64,000 nucleotides of DNA from Patescibacteria group bacterium (GTDB lineage Bacteria; Patescibacteriota; Microgenomatia; UBA8517): NCBI GenBank assembly GCA_022868165.1, contig JALHYA010000001.1, positions 12,937 to 76,936 on the forward strand, written 5' to 3'. Under the pieces are notes generated by a model, which had not been told where the DNA came from, did no database searches, and saw nothing but the letters and a program-made list of their open reading frames with translations. The translations under genes were made by a program, and so were the position numbers. Of this stretch, positions 63,775-64,000 are shown in pieces (position 1 is the stretch's first letter; each line of letters opens with the position of its first letter).

Positions 63775-64000
63775 AACTTGCTCCAGGACAGAAATGAATG
63801 GAAACTCATCATTAAGGCTATAATAATTCCTTGCGTGCCATCCAAGAAACCAAAACGAAATTTCCAGTTCCAAACAAACTTCCCCGCCGGCCAAAAAATA
63901 ATTTTTTGTAAAGATGAAGGTTTCCTCTCATCAATTTTAGCTCTGACGTCAATGTCGGACATCATATTTATATCATCTATAAATTCGTGAAGCGTTTGGT

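Noticed and set aside
1-64000. CRISPR arrays, rRNA genes, transposases/IS elements, integrases
   Set aside because: None found. There are no regularly spaced short direct repeats, no rRNA-like conserved blocks, and no DDE/tyrosine-recombinase-like ORFs in any frame.

Overview
This 64-kb window comes from an AT-rich, gene-dense genome with short intergenic spaces. The content and reduced-genome look resemble a Candidate Phyla Radiation / Patescibacteria-type organism; that is inference, not proven. Most of the window is housekeeping. A minus-strand DNA-repair cluster runs uvrC, a transglutaminase-like gene, uvrA, uvrB and a ParB-like gene, with lexA divergent from it. Elsewhere: dinB, dnaE, polX, ruvC, holA, gatCAB, eno, gpmI, a PEP synthase, an archaeal-type PGI/PMI, obg, a DRG-type GTPase, tig (short), secG, rplS, an OppA-like binding protein and an MFS transporter. 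I identify 19 tRNA genes by manual folding, plus one atypical 87-nt tRNA-like gene sitting at the head of a ~345-nt GC-rich structured block. Accessory content includes a Type III R-M system at the 5' edge (mod complete, res truncated by the window) with a small HTH gene flanked by three ~40-bp repeats. There are also a Pol-beta nucleotidyltransferase-fold gene, two ParB/Srx-like nuclease-domain genes, three DUF360/holin-4-like paralogs, and two lysozyme-like secreted paralogs. The most notable observations are: (i) a direct-repeat motif TTCGGG-N5-TTCG(G) found only in the promoters of lexA, an 86-aa ORF-dinB operon and uvrB, a candidate lineage-specific SOS operator; (ii) a ~1.2-kb high-GC two-gene island next to tRNA-Lys, whose two unrelated lipoprotein/membrane genes share a duplicated ~95-bp 5' cassette with hairpins; (iii) frequent leaderless starts and tRNA-punctuated genes (3-7 nt gaps between tRNA and ATG); (iv) several orphan tRNA 3'-end fragments that look like att-site scars. 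Track ORFs often begin at TTG/GTG, so coordinates I derived by counting residues within track ORFs are exact, while those read off the raw sequence may be off by 1-2 nt. Several track starts were trimmed to the conserved N-terminus.
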